Shown here one piece after another: positions 35,421 to 44,062 of a stretch of 64,000 nt of DNA. The translations under genes and the position numbers were made by a program. Each line of letters begins with the position of its first letter. The first letter of the stretch is position 1. Under the pieces are notes generated by a model. It worked only from the letters and a program-made list of their open reading frames with translations. It did not search any database and was not told where the DNA came from. Origin of the DNA: Candidatus Levyibacteriota bacterium (lineage in GTDB: Bacteria; Patescibacteriota; Microgenomatia; Levybacterales; UBA12049); assembly GCA_016432345.1 (NCBI GenBank), contig CP066685.1, positions 176,236 to 240,235 of the forward strand, written 5' to 3'.

Positions 35421-36362
35421 ATGGATGATAGATTACTTAAGTTACAGGCTAAAAAACAACGTCTAGATAGCTATAAACCACTCCGAAACGAACTTATTAA
35501 AAACCTGGAGGAATGGTTTCGGATAGAATTAACCTATACCTCCAATGCCATAGAAGGTAATACTTTAACCCGGCAAGAAACTGCTATGGTGGTAGAAGAA
35601 GGCATTACTGTTAAAGGTAAAAGTTTGACAGAGCATCAGGAAGCAATCAGTCATGCAGAAGCTTTTGATTATATTCAAACCCTCGTTAATAAAAAAAGGC
35701 AAGAATTAACAACTAAAGATATTTTAGATATTCATAGCATTATCCTAAATAAAATCGATGACACAAATAAAGGTAAATACCGAACAGTAGCCGTGCGGCT
35801 TAGAGGCTCGGAAACAATCTTACCAAATCCTCTAAAAGTATCGGAATTAATGGACGAGTTTATAACCTGGTTAAAAAGTGATATTTCTGATCACCCTGTT
35901 AAAATTGCTATCGATGCCCATTATAAATTAGTAAGTATTCATCCTTTTGTTGACGGTAATGGGAGAACCGCACGATTGTTAATGAACTTACTTTTAATGC
36001 AATCAGGTTATCCTTCTGCCATAGTTCGCAAAGAGGATCGTAGCGAGTACATCAATTCTTTAGAAAAAGGTCAAACCAAAAATGATACAGATGACTATGA
36101 CACTTTAATGCTTGAAGCAGTAGATCACTCTTTGGATATTTATCTTGAGGCAGTCGAACCAGAAAAAGTAAGTGCAGAAGAACCAACACTAGATCAGCGT
36201 TTTTACACAACAGATGAGGTGGCAAAGCTTCTGCAGGTTGATCCAGAAAGTGTTAGAAGATACGTAAGACGTGGAGATTTAAAAGCTGTTAAGCTTGGAG
36301 GAAAATTTATTAGAATTGATAAAACTGATTTAGAAAAATTTATTGAATCTCTTAAGAGTTAA
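35421..36362 (+). CDS. Fic-domain protein (class II, internal inhibitory motif) fused to a C-terminal excisionase/MerR-type HTH
   Basis: The Fic motif HPFVDGNGRTAR lies at aa 174-185. The inhibitory-helix motif SNAIEG ([ST]xxxE[GN]) lies at aa 41-46. The C-terminal FYTTDEVAKLLQVDPESVRRYVRRGDLKAVKLGGKFIRIDKTDLEKFI is an excisionase-family HTH. Confidence 0.88.
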   Translation: MDDRLLKLQAKKQRLDSYKPLRNELIKNLEEWFRIELTYTSNAIEGNTLTRQETAMVVEEGITVKGKSLTEHQEAISHAEAFDYIQTLVNKKRQELTTKDILDIHSIILNKIDDTNKGKYRTVAVRLRGSETILPNPLKVSELMDEFITWLKSDISDHPVKIAIDAHYKLVSIHPFVDGNGRTARLLMNLLLMQSGYPSAIVRKEDRSEYINSLEKGQTKNDTDDYDTLMLEAVDHSLDIYLEAVEPEKVSAEEPTLDQRFYTTDEVAKLLQVDPESVRRYVRRGDLKAVKLGGKFIRIDKTDLEKFIESLKS

Positions 36363-36381
36363 TCTTAGTTGATAAAATCAT

Positions 36382-36663
36382 TTAGATATTCTTTATAGCG
36401 AAGTTTTGGAAGAGAGTACTTAGCATTAGAGCATCTTCTGCTACTCTTTCAGATGTACCTGTAATCATTTTTTTCATATACAAAAGTAGCTTTTTAAGGT
36501 AATTATTTGGATTAAGATTTTCTAATTCTGCTGCTCTTTGAAAAGCTTCTTCTCTAAATCTATTTGCCATGTTAAAAGAACCTCTATGTAAACCCAAAGC
36601 AACTCTTTTCAGATCCATAGCTAAAGATTCAATAATTATTTTCTGACTTAATTTATCATTCAT
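36382..36663 (-). CDS. Hypothetical alpha-helical protein (93 aa)
   Basis: The ORF is visibly AT-rich and starts 7 nt downstream of the previous minus-strand gene. No family recognised. Confidence 0.45.
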   Translation of the reverse strand: MNDKLSQKIIIESLAMDLKRVALGLHRGSFNMANRFREEAFQRAAELENLNPNNYLKKLLLYMKKMITGTSERVAEDALMLSTLFQNFAIKNI

Positions 36664-36670
36664 ATTAATA

Positions 36671-37009
36671 TTATATAACTTTTTGGAAAAAATATTCGGT
36701 TAATTCTTCATATTTTTTTCTAATTTCTGGATTCTGAATTTCATTACTAGTATTATTATCGCCTGGTCTGATATTGATAAAAGAATTAAAATCTATAACT
36801 TTAGTTTCTAAATCTATTCCTCCACCCCAAATGTTAGATTGTTTAGAGTCTTCTTTAAGAAGAATTTGTTCTCCTTCAAAATGTCTATCTATACCAGCTG
36901 AACAAACTTTTCTATTGATATCTATGACAGTTTTAATATAAGGATCAAATTGTTCTTTAAGTTTTTCAATTTCTTCTAAAGTAAATGGTGAAGATTTAGT
37001 AAGAAGCAT
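36671..37009 (-). CDS. Hypothetical protein (112 aa), possibly DUF5674-like
   Basis: The pattern VIDINRKV...GIDRHFEGEQILLKEDSKQSNIWGGGI...FNSFINIRPGDNN resembles my recollection of DUF5674. This has not been verified by any search. Confidence 0.45.
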   Translation of the reverse strand: MLLTKSSPFTLEEIEKLKEQFDPYIKTVIDINRKVCSAGIDRHFEGEQILLKEDSKQSNIWGGGIDLETKVIDFNSFINIRPGDNNTSNEIQNPEIRKKYEELTEYFFQKVI

Positions 37010-37042
37010 AGAAATATTTTATCATCTATCTATGGCAGGAAA

Positions 37043-37681
37043 TTACTGGATTGTAATGCCGAGGATTTTGTCACCAATCTCCATCTTTTTAACTACATCC
37101 ATCCCTTTAGTTACAATGCCAAAGTTAGTGTATTTACCATTTAGCCAAGAAGCATCCTGTTTGGCAATAAAAAACTGAGCGTCGTTTTGTACTTTTCCAT
37201 CACCTTTACTCGCAACACCAACCGATCCTTCAACAAAAGGTTTGTCGTTAAATTCAACAGGCATATTTCCGCCGCCTGTACCATCGCCTTTTGGATCTCC
37301 ACCTTGTACCACCCAATCTTCAACTCTATGGAATAAAAGATTGTTGTAAAATCCGCTAGAGGCTTTTTTGATAAAGTTAAACACAGTATTTGGAGAATCA
37401 CTGGTATAAAAAGACATAGTAATATCGCCTTTTGTAGTTTTTATAACTGCTGATTTTGAAGCCATATCAGAAATAAATTGTTCAGCACTTATTGTAGCAA
37501 CAGTAGGTGTTGGGATACTAGAGGTGATTGTGTTAGTTGGAATAATAGTGGCTGGAATTGATGTTGGTATAGCTGTGGGTATAATTATTGCTGTTTTTGT
37601 TTCGTCATTTTTATTTGCGAAAAACAATAAGCCTAGAAATCCTATGATTACAACTGAAACAAAAAGAAAAATCTTGCCCAT
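37043..37681 (-). CDS. Membrane-anchored cyclophilin-type peptidyl-prolyl cis-trans isomerase
   Basis: The core reads FHRVEDWVVQGGDP.GDGTGG...NDAQFFI...WLNGKYTNFG. It has an N-terminal TM helix and a T/P/I-rich linker. The ATG at 37681 (MGKIFLF) is preferred over the one at 37702. Confidence 0.85.
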   Translation of the reverse strand: MGKIFLFVSVVIIGFLGLLFFANKNDETKTAIIIPTAIPTSIPATIIPTNTITSSIPTPTVATISAEQFISDMASKSAVIKTTKGDITMSFYTSDSPNTVFNFIKKASSGFYNNLLFHRVEDWVVQGGDPKGDGTGGGNMPVEFNDKPFVEGSVGVASKGDGKVQNDAQFFIAKQDASWLNGKYTNFGIVTKGMDVVKKMEIGDKILGITIQ

Positions 37682-37716
37682 ATGCGAAAAGCATTGTAGC
37701 ACAAGATAAAAAAGTA

Positions 37717-37725
37717 TGCTATACT
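37717..37725 (+). promoter_or_regulatory. Extended -10 box TGCTATACT upstream of fusA
   Basis: Read directly. It lies in the divergent ppiase-fusA spacer. Confidence 0.4.
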
Positions 37726-37733
37726 ATTTTGAT

Positions 37734-37760
37734 AAATTCGCGAGCGAATTTTTGTTTTTT
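37734..37760 (+). promoter_or_regulatory. Perfect palindromic hairpin AAATTCGC-GA-GCGAATTT plus a T-rich tract abutting the fusA ATG
   Basis: The stem spans 37734-37751 and TTGTTTTTT runs to 37760. No Shine-Dalgarno is present. Confidence 0.5.
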
Positions 37761-39878
37761 ATGGCTGATCAAAAATCACGTCTTACAGAATTAGACAAAA
37801 TTAGAAATATTGGTATTATTGCTCATATTGACGCGGGAAAAACTACTACTACCGAGCGTATTTTGTACTATACAGGCAAAACCTACAAAATTGGTGATAT
37901 TGACGAGGGAAATACCCAAATGGACTGGATGGAACAAGAGCGCGAGCGTGGTATTACTATTGTTTCTGCTGCCACCACCGCTTTTTGGAAGGATTACAGA
38001 ATTAATATTATCGATACTCCAGGCCACGTTGATTTTACTGCAGAAGTAGAGCGCTCGCTTCGCGTTTTGGACGGCGGTATTACGGTACTTGATGCCGAAG
38101 AAGGCGTGCAATCGCAATCCGAAACTGTGTGGCGCCAGGCTGACAAATACAAAGTTCCTCGTATTTGTTTTGTCAATAAAATGGACAAACTTGGGGCAGA
38201 TTTTTTGGCCACTGTCAAAAGTATCGAAGATCGGCTGGGAGCAAATCCAGCTATTATGGTGTTGCCAATTGGCCGCGAACAAGAATTTAAGGGTATTTTT
38301 GAACTTCTTACTATGAAATCTATAGTTTGGGGTGGTGAGGAGCTTGGGGCAAAGTTTACAGTAACTGATGACATTCCTGATACAATGGAAGCCGAGATTA
38401 AAGAATATCGAAATAAACTCATCGAAAAAATTGCCGAAACAGATGATGCTCTTCTTGAAAAATATCTTAGTGGAACAGAGCCAACAGTTGACGAGCTTAA
38501 AAAGGCGCTACGAAGGGCAGTTATTGCATACAAATTAGTCCCAATTTATGCAGGGTCAAGTTTGCGCAATAAAGGTGTTCAGCCGCTACTTGACGCAGTG
38601 ATAGATTATCTTCCATCACCTGTTGATTTAAAAGAAGTTAAAGGACTTAATCCAAAAACAAATCAAGAAGAGTTGAGAAAACTTATTGTTGAAGAGTCGC
38701 TTTCGGGGCTTGCTTTTAAGATTCAAAATGATCCGCATGTGGGGAAGCTTACTTACTATCGTGTTTATTCAGGAAAGATCGAGGCAGGATCGTATATTTA
38801 TAATAGTACCAAAAATATTCGAGAGCGGGTTGGCCGACTTCTCCTTATGCATGCCAATCAACGAGAAGAAATTAAAGAGGGATACGCTGGAGAAATTGTG
38901 GCAGTTGTTGGACTTAAAGATACTACTACAGGAGATACTCTTTGTAATGAAGGGAAACCGATAGTTTTGGAGAAAATTTCTTTCCCAGAACCGGTTATTT
39001 CCTTAGCTATTGAACCCAAAACAAAATCGGACCAGGAAAAACTGGGGTTTGCCTTAAAAAGACTTATGGATGAAGATCCAACATTTCAGGTTAAAGCCAA
39101 TCACGAAACAGGTCAAACGATTATTTCGGGTGTTGGCGAATTACAACTGGAAATTATGGTTGATCGCATGAAGCGAGAATTTAATGTTTTGGCAAATGTG
39201 GGAGCGCCGCAAGTGGCCTATAAAGAGACAGTTTCCAAAATGGCCGAAGCAGAAGGAAAGTATATTCGCCAATCTGGAGGCCGCGGGCAGTATGGACATT
39301 GTTTCCTTCGTGTCGATCCAAAACCGCGGGGAGAAGGGTTTGAATTTGTGGATGCGATTAAAGGCGGCGCAATTCCTGCTGAATTTATAAAATCTGTTGA
39401 GAAAGGCGTTAAAGAAACCATGGAGAATGGTATTCTTTTGGGGTACCCAATGGTTGATATGACAGTAACATTATATGATGGAAGTTTTCACGATGTTGAT
39501 TCATCCGACATTGCTTTTAAGATTGCCGCATCGCAAGCACTTCAGGCTGCCACCAAAAAAGCAGACCTAACACTGTTGGAGCCAATCATGAAGGTTGAGG
39601 TTACAACACCTTCTGAATTTATGGGCGATGTAATTGGTGATTTGTCTGCCAAACGGGCGCAAATTTTAGGGACGGAAGAAAAGCATAAAGCAACAATTGT
39701 CATGGTGATGGTGCCACTGGCTGAACTTTCTGGTTACGCCACAACGCTTCGTTCTATGTCGCAAGGCAGAGCAAGTTACTACATGGAGCCGTCGCATTAC
39801 GAAGAAGTGCCGCGAAACATTGTTGAAGCCATGCTGGCAAAATCCACCTTCACCGGCCGCATCTCCGCCCAGCAGTAA
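37761..39878 (+). CDS. fusA: Elongation factor G
   Basis: Begins [35 protein letters not shown] and contains DTPGHVDF. The track's start at 37716 is rejected. Confidence 0.98.
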   Translation: MADQKSRLTELDKIRNIGIIAHIDAGKTTTTERILYYTGKTYKIGDIDEGNTQMDWMEQERERGITIVSAATTAFWKDYRINIIDTPGHVDFTAEVERSLRVLDGGITVLDAEEGVQSQSETVWRQADKYKVPRICFVNKMDKLGADFLATVKSIEDRLGANPAIMVLPIGREQEFKGIFELLTMKSIVWGGEELGAKFTVTDDIPDTMEAEIKEYRNKLIEKIAETDDALLEKYLSGTEPTVDELKKALRRAVIAYKLVPIYAGSSLRNKGVQPLLDAVIDYLPSPVDLKEVKGLNPKTNQEELRKLIVEESLSGLAFKIQNDPHVGKLTYYRVYSGKIEAGSYIYNSTKNIRERVGRLLLMHANQREEIKEGYAGEIVAVVGLKDTTTGDTLCNEGKPIVLEKISFPEPVISLAIEPKTKSDQEKLGFALKRLMDEDPTFQVKANHETGQTIISGVGELQLEIMVDRMKREFNVLANVGAPQVAYKETVSKMAEAEGKYIRQSGGRGQYGHCFLRVDPKPRGEGFEFVDAIKGGAIPAEFIKSVEKGVKETMENGILLGYPMVDMTVTLYDGSFHDVDSSDIAFKIAASQALQAATKKADLTLLEPIMKVEVTTPSEFMGDVIGDLSAKRAQILGTEEKHKATIVMVMVPLAELSGYATTLRSMSQGRASYYMEPSHYEEVPRNIVEAMLAKSTFTGRISAQQ

Positions 39879-39922
39879 TGAAAAGGAATTTTAAAATTCT
39901 TATTTCATGATAAAATGTTAGT

Positions 39923-41557
39923 GTGATTGTGCTTTTGTTTTTTGCTTTTCTGGCCGGACTTACCACCATTTTGGCTCCGTGTATTTGGCCGCTTCTACCA
40001 ATCATTCTTTCTTCTTCAACAACAGGCGGACACCGGAAACCGCTTGGGATAACGCTTGGCATTATTGTTAGCTTCTCTATTTTTACATTAAGTATTTCCT
40101 ATTTGGTTATGCTGTTTCATTTTGACCCCAATATTTTGAGAATAATTGCCGCCATAACCATTGCATTTTTAGGTTTGACCATGATTGTTCCGGCACTACT
40201 TATTCGTTACGAATCGCTTATTACCAAACTAAGCAGCTTTATCGGTGGAAGGCCAATTGCCAGTCACCATGGTTTTTTCGGCGGGTTTATCACCGGTCTT
40301 TCACTTGGCATTATTTGGTCTCCTTGCGCCGGGCCAATTTTGGCAACCATCGCGGCGCTGGGCGCAACGCAGGCGGTAAATTTTCAGGTTGTGCTTGTGG
40401 CTATTGCATATGGTTTTGGTGTTGGTATCCCGCTTTTTTTATTTTCATTTCTGGGAACGTGGCTTTTTCAAAAAAGCAGATTTATATCCGCATACACAAG
40501 TCATGTACAAAAATTATTTGGTGTTATTACTATTCTTACGGCAATTGCCATTTATACAAATTACGACAAAGTTATTCAATTAAAACTTCTTAGCGCGTTT
40601 CCAACATACACAACATTTACAAATAAGCTTGAAGGTAACGACAAAGTAAAAGAGCAGCTTGGTATTTTAAAAGGCGAAAAAACCAAAACCCCAGGTATTA
40701 AAAAGATACTTAAGTCTTCATCTTTATCCAATTATGGCCGCGCCCCGGAGTTTGTTGGAATTTCCAACTGGATTGGTTCGAAACCTTTAACAATGCAGGA
40801 ATTAAAAGGGAAAGTAGTTTTAATAGATTTTTGGACATACACGTGTATTAATTGCATCCGGACACTGCCGTATGTAACCAGCTGGTACGAGAAATATAAA
40901 GATAAAGGATTTATGGTTATTGGCGTACATACGCCGGAATTTGAGTTTGAGAAGAAAACAGAGAATGTAGAAAATGCAATAAAAATGTATAACATTACTT
41001 ATCCAGTTGCTCAAGACAATAATTATGCCATCTGGCAGGCATATAACAATCAATACTGGCCGGCGAAATATCTTATTGATGCCAATGGGAATATTCGTTA
41101 TACCCATTTTGGTGAAGGAAAATACGAAGAAACAGAAAAAGCCATTCAGGCGCTTCTTGAAGAAGCAGGTAGAAAAGTAGATGGGAAAGTAGTAAAAGTA
41201 GAAGATCAAACACCAAAAACAAGACTTACTCCAGAAACATATCTTGGCAAAAAGCGAGGAGACGGATCGGTTATGTTTAAAGGTTCGTGGGATATTTTAG
41301 ACGAACAAGCAGTGGCTTCAAAAGGTTCGATTCTCGAGTTACGTTTTTACGCTAATAAAGTGTTTTTGGTGGTAACACCTGCGACACAAAAAGATCGGGC
41401 AAAAATTTTTCTTGATGATAAGTTAATTGGAGAAATGGTGTTCGATGTGGCAAAACTTTATGAACTGGTTGATCTAAAGGGGAATATAGGAGATCACATC
41501 TTGCGGATAGAATTTGAGCAAAACGGCACCGCTGTCTACGCCTTTACGTTTGGCTGA
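39923..41557 (+). CDS. DipZ-like protein: CcdA/DsbD-type membrane domain fused to a thioredoxin-like domain (CINC) and a C-terminal beta domain
   Basis: The TM cysteines are LAPCIWP and SPCAGPIL. The thioredoxin-fold segment is VLIDFWTYTCINCIRTLP. The overall architecture matches mycobacterial DipZ. It has a GTG start. Confidence 0.75.
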   Translation: MIVLLFFAFLAGLTTILAPCIWPLLPIILSSSTTGGHRKPLGITLGIIVSFSIFTLSISYLVMLFHFDPNILRIIAAITIAFLGLTMIVPALLIRYESLITKLSSFIGGRPIASHHGFFGGFITGLSLGIIWSPCAGPILATIAALGATQAVNFQVVLVAIAYGFGVGIPLFLFSFLGTWLFQKSRFISAYTSHVQKLFGVITILTAIAIYTNYDKVIQLKLLSAFPTYTTFTNKLEGNDKVKEQLGILKGEKTKTPGIKKILKSSSLSNYGRAPEFVGISNWIGSKPLTMQELKGKVVLIDFWTYTCINCIRTLPYVTSWYEKYKDKGFMVIGVHTPEFEFEKKTENVENAIKMYNITYPVAQDNNYAIWQAYNNQYWPAKYLIDANGNIRYTHFGEGKYEETEKAIQALLEEAGRKVDGKVVKVEDQTPKTRLTPETYLGKKRGDGSVMFKGSWDILDEQAVASKGSILELRFYANKVFLVVTPATQKDRAKIFLDDKLIGEMVFDVAKLYELVDLKGNIGDHILRIEFEQNGTAVYAFTFG

Positions 41558-41559
41558 CC

Positions 41560-41568
41560 TGGTATAAT
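41560..41568 (+). promoter_or_regulatory. Extended -10 box TGGTATAAT 6 nt before the GTG of the GH18-like gene
   Basis: Read directly. It overlaps the 3' end region of the dipZ-like gene. Confidence 0.4.
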
Positions 41569-41574
41569 CACAGG

Positions 41575-42639
41575 GTGAAAAAGTTAGGTATTTTGATTGT
41601 TTGCTTCTTTGTTGTTGGTATATTTTTTTTTCTCCAAAAGAAAGAAAACAAGACACAGCAGGTTTTGCCGGCATCAGATAGTATTGTTCCTACGAAGATC
41701 CCGAAACAAGTTCGGGATGACAAGGGTCAGGAAAAAAAGTTTCTGTTTGTGCCGTACTGGGGACAAACACAAGATAAAATACCCAATGAGTTTGGCGATA
41801 TGCTTATTTATTTTGGTATTACTCCAAGCAAAGATGGAATTGATACTCAAGAGCCTGGATTTTTGGGTTTGGGTAGGTTTGTGGGGATTTCGGAAGGAAG
41901 AAAAACATTATTAACGATTCGCATGATGGATCAAGACACAAATTTTGCGATTATTAAAGATAAAAAGCAGCAAGAAAAAATTATGACACAAGCAATAGTT
42001 ATAGCAAAACAAAAAGGTTTTTCGGGCATTGTTTTGGATTTAGAGATTAGCAGTCTGCCTTTTGCAACGGTAACTGACCAGATGAATAAGTTTGTTTCGG
42101 ACTTTTCGAAGTCTGCAAAAAAAAATAACTTAACATTTTCCATGATGTTTTTTGGCGACACGTTTTTCAAGCTTCGGCCATACGATGTTACCGTATTACG
42201 GCAGTATCTCGATACTGTTTTTGTGATGGCGTACGATTTTAGTAAGGTAAAAGGCGATCCAGGGCCTAATTTTCCCTTTCCCGAGTTTACTCTTATGGTG
42301 CAAGATTTTTTAAATATTGTGCCAAAAGAAAAATTGGTGATTGTTTTTGGCATGTTTGGGTACGATTGGCAAGTTGATACTGATGGAAAGTCAGTTGGCC
42401 AAGCAAGGGCGGTAACAACAACAGTTGCCAAAAAACAATTTGTCAATCAATGTTTGTTCAAAAAATGTGATGTAAAGCGAGATAAAGTATCGGCAGAGAC
42501 AACGATTACATATATCGATAATCAAGGAAATAATCATATTGTGTGGTTTGAAGATGAAGAATCAGTGGCTAAAAAGAGTGAATTTTTAAAAGAAAAAGGA
42601 ATAAAAAATGTGGGGTATTGGGCATACTCATACTTTTAA
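41575..42639 (+). CDS. Glycoside hydrolase family 18-like protein (membrane anchored)
   Basis: It has an N-terminal TM helix. The segment GFSGIVLDLE corresponds to the GH18 DxxDxDxE region and is partly degenerate. The C-terminal GIKNVGYWAYSY is typical of GH18 barrels. Confidence 0.6.
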   Translation: MKKLGILIVCFFVVGIFFFLQKKENKTQQVLPASDSIVPTKIPKQVRDDKGQEKKFLFVPYWGQTQDKIPNEFGDMLIYFGITPSKDGIDTQEPGFLGLGRFVGISEGRKTLLTIRMMDQDTNFAIIKDKKQQEKIMTQAIVIAKQKGFSGIVLDLEISSLPFATVTDQMNKFVSDFSKSAKKNNLTFSMMFFGDTFFKLRPYDVTVLRQYLDTVFVMAYDFSKVKGDPGPNFPFPEFTLMVQDFLNIVPKEKLVIVFGMFGYDWQVDTDGKSVGQARAVTTTVAKKQFVNQCLFKKCDVKRDKVSAETTITYIDNQGNNHIVWFEDEESVAKKSEFLKEKGIKNVGYWAYSYF

Positions 42640-43392
42640 GAGGTATGGGGTTTTGTGTTTATATTCGTTTTCTTTGACTCGTTTAATAATTTTTTCTGCA
42701 TTTGATAATCCCTTTTTGATAATTTCCTCAAGGCTTAATTTATGTTCAAGATAGTAGTAAAGTACCTGGTCGGCTTCTTGGTAGGTAAAACCAAATTCTC
42801 CTTCGTCGGTTTGGTTTTCCCATAGATTTGCTGTTGGTTTGGCATTGATAATCTCATCTGGAACGCCAAGATATTTTGCCAATTCAATAATTTGGGTTTT
42901 ATATAAATGTTGGATTGGTTCTATATCAGATGCCCCGTCTCCAAAGCGGGTGAAATAACCAAGGAGATGTTCTGATTTATTTTCGGTTCCAACAACCATG
43001 GCATTATGTTTTTTTGCCAGGTCAAAAAGAAAAGTCATGCGAACCCGCGCCATAACATTGCCGCTGCGTATTGTGTTAAGGTGCGACCTTAACACAAGGT
43101 CGCACCTTTTACGAAATACATCAACTACTTGTTTTATAGAAATCTCAAAAACATTTTCTTTTGGAATGATTGTTGTTATTTGTTTAAATAGGGAAAATGT
43201 TGATGGATAATACGGAAGGTGGGCTACAAAAATATTTTCTGGTTGTAAAGTTTTTTTTAGCAAATAAAAACTAACTGCAGAATCTATACCGCCAGAAAGA
43301 CCAACAACGGCGTTTTTGATTCCTTGTTTTTCAAAAGTTGTTTTTAAAAACGAAACAATTTTTTTGCTTTGGGTTTTTGGATCAATTTTCAT
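42628..43392 (-). CDS. nadE: NH3-dependent NAD+ synthetase
   Basis: It has the PP-loop motif GLSGGIDS and a typical NadE C-terminal region. Its 3' end overlaps the convergent GH18-like gene by 12 nt. Confidence 0.88.
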   Translation of the reverse strand: MKIDPKTQSKKIVSFLKTTFEKQGIKNAVVGLSGGIDSAVSFYLLKKTLQPENIFVAHLPYYPSTFSLFKQITTIIPKENVFEISIKQVVDVFRKRCDLVLRSHLNTIRSGNVMARVRMTFLFDLAKKHNAMVVGTENKSEHLLGYFTRFGDGASDIEPIQHLYKTQIIELAKYLGVPDEIINAKPTANLWENQTDEGEFGFTYQEADQVLYYYLEHKLSLEEIIKKGLSNAEKIIKRVKENEYKHKTPYLLKV

Positions 43393-43955
43393 GTGTACAG
43401 TTTATGTTTTACAATATAGTCTTCCACCTCTTTGGGAACAAGACAGGTAATAGGTAAGTTTTTTTTTACTCTATTACGAATTATTGTTGATGAAAGATTT
43501 GTTGTGATAAGATCATGTCCCAAAACAGTCTCAAAACCATTAGGTAGTGTTTTGGGAGGCAAAAGCGGATCCCGCGGAAATACCAGGAATGTTGTTAAGT
43601 TTATTAACTCTTCTGCTCTTTCCCATCGCGTAAACTCCGAAAGAATATCGCTTCCGACAATCCAATAGAGTGTATGATTAAAACTTTTTTTAATTTCTTG
43701 GATGGTATCAATTGTGTAGCTTATTCCTTTTTTGTTGATTTCTATATCCAAAATTTTTATGCGGCTATCAGCAAAGGCGCTTAACATGTTTATGCGATCT
43801 TTGCCGTTTGCAATAATTGGTTTCCATTGATGTTTGTATGCCGGAACAAACCAAACTTCTTTAATATCTGGTCTTTTTTCCAAAATCTGCGTAGCAACAA
43901 GATAGTGTCCAATATGAGGCGGATCAAATCGGCCGCCAAATAAAGCAATTTTCAT
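43389..43955 (-). CDS. nadD: Nicotinate-nucleotide adenylyltransferase
   Basis: Begins MKIALFGGRFDPPHIGH and contains an ISSTIIR-like motif (LSSTIIRNR). The internal ATG at 43955 is preferred because the track's extension covers the tuf promoter. Confidence 0.88.
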   Translation of the reverse strand: MKIALFGGRFDPPHIGHYLVATQILEKRPDIKEVWFVPAYKHQWKPIIANGKDRINMLSAFADSRIKILDIEINKKGISYTIDTIQEIKKSFNHTLYWIVGSDILSEFTRWERAEELINLTTFLVFPRDPLLPPKTLPNGFETVLGHDLITTNLSSTIIRNRVKKNLPITCLVPKEVEDYIVKHKLYT

Positions 43956-43986
43956 AACAGATGGTAAGATTGTAGCAAATTGGGTA

Positions 43987-44015
43987 TTGACGAGCAAGGA
44001 AAAATATTGTAAGAT
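43987..44015 (+). promoter_or_regulatory. Sigma70-like promoter TTGACG-17-TAAGAT for tuf
   Basis: Hexamers and the 17-nt spacer were read directly. Confidence 0.5.
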
Positions 44016-44022
44016 TATTTTT

Positions 44023-44054
44023 AACCTCAAAAGTTGAGGTTTTATTATTTTCTT
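44023..44054 (+). promoter_or_regulatory. 8-bp hairpin AACCTCAA-AAG-TTGAGGTT at the predicted tuf 5' end, followed by a T-rich tract
   Basis: The stem pairs 44023-44030 with 44034-44041 and is followed by TTATTATTTTCTT. No Shine-Dalgarno precedes the ATG at 44063. Confidence 0.5.
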
Positions 44055-44062
44055 ACAAATTT

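Noticed and set aside
35250-37702. Calling the Fic-containing insert a mobile element or genomic island with defined boundaries.
   Set aside because: I could not find an integrase, transposase, tRNA attachment site or flanking direct or inverted repeats. Only the broken synteny and the AT-richer small ORFs support foreign origin.
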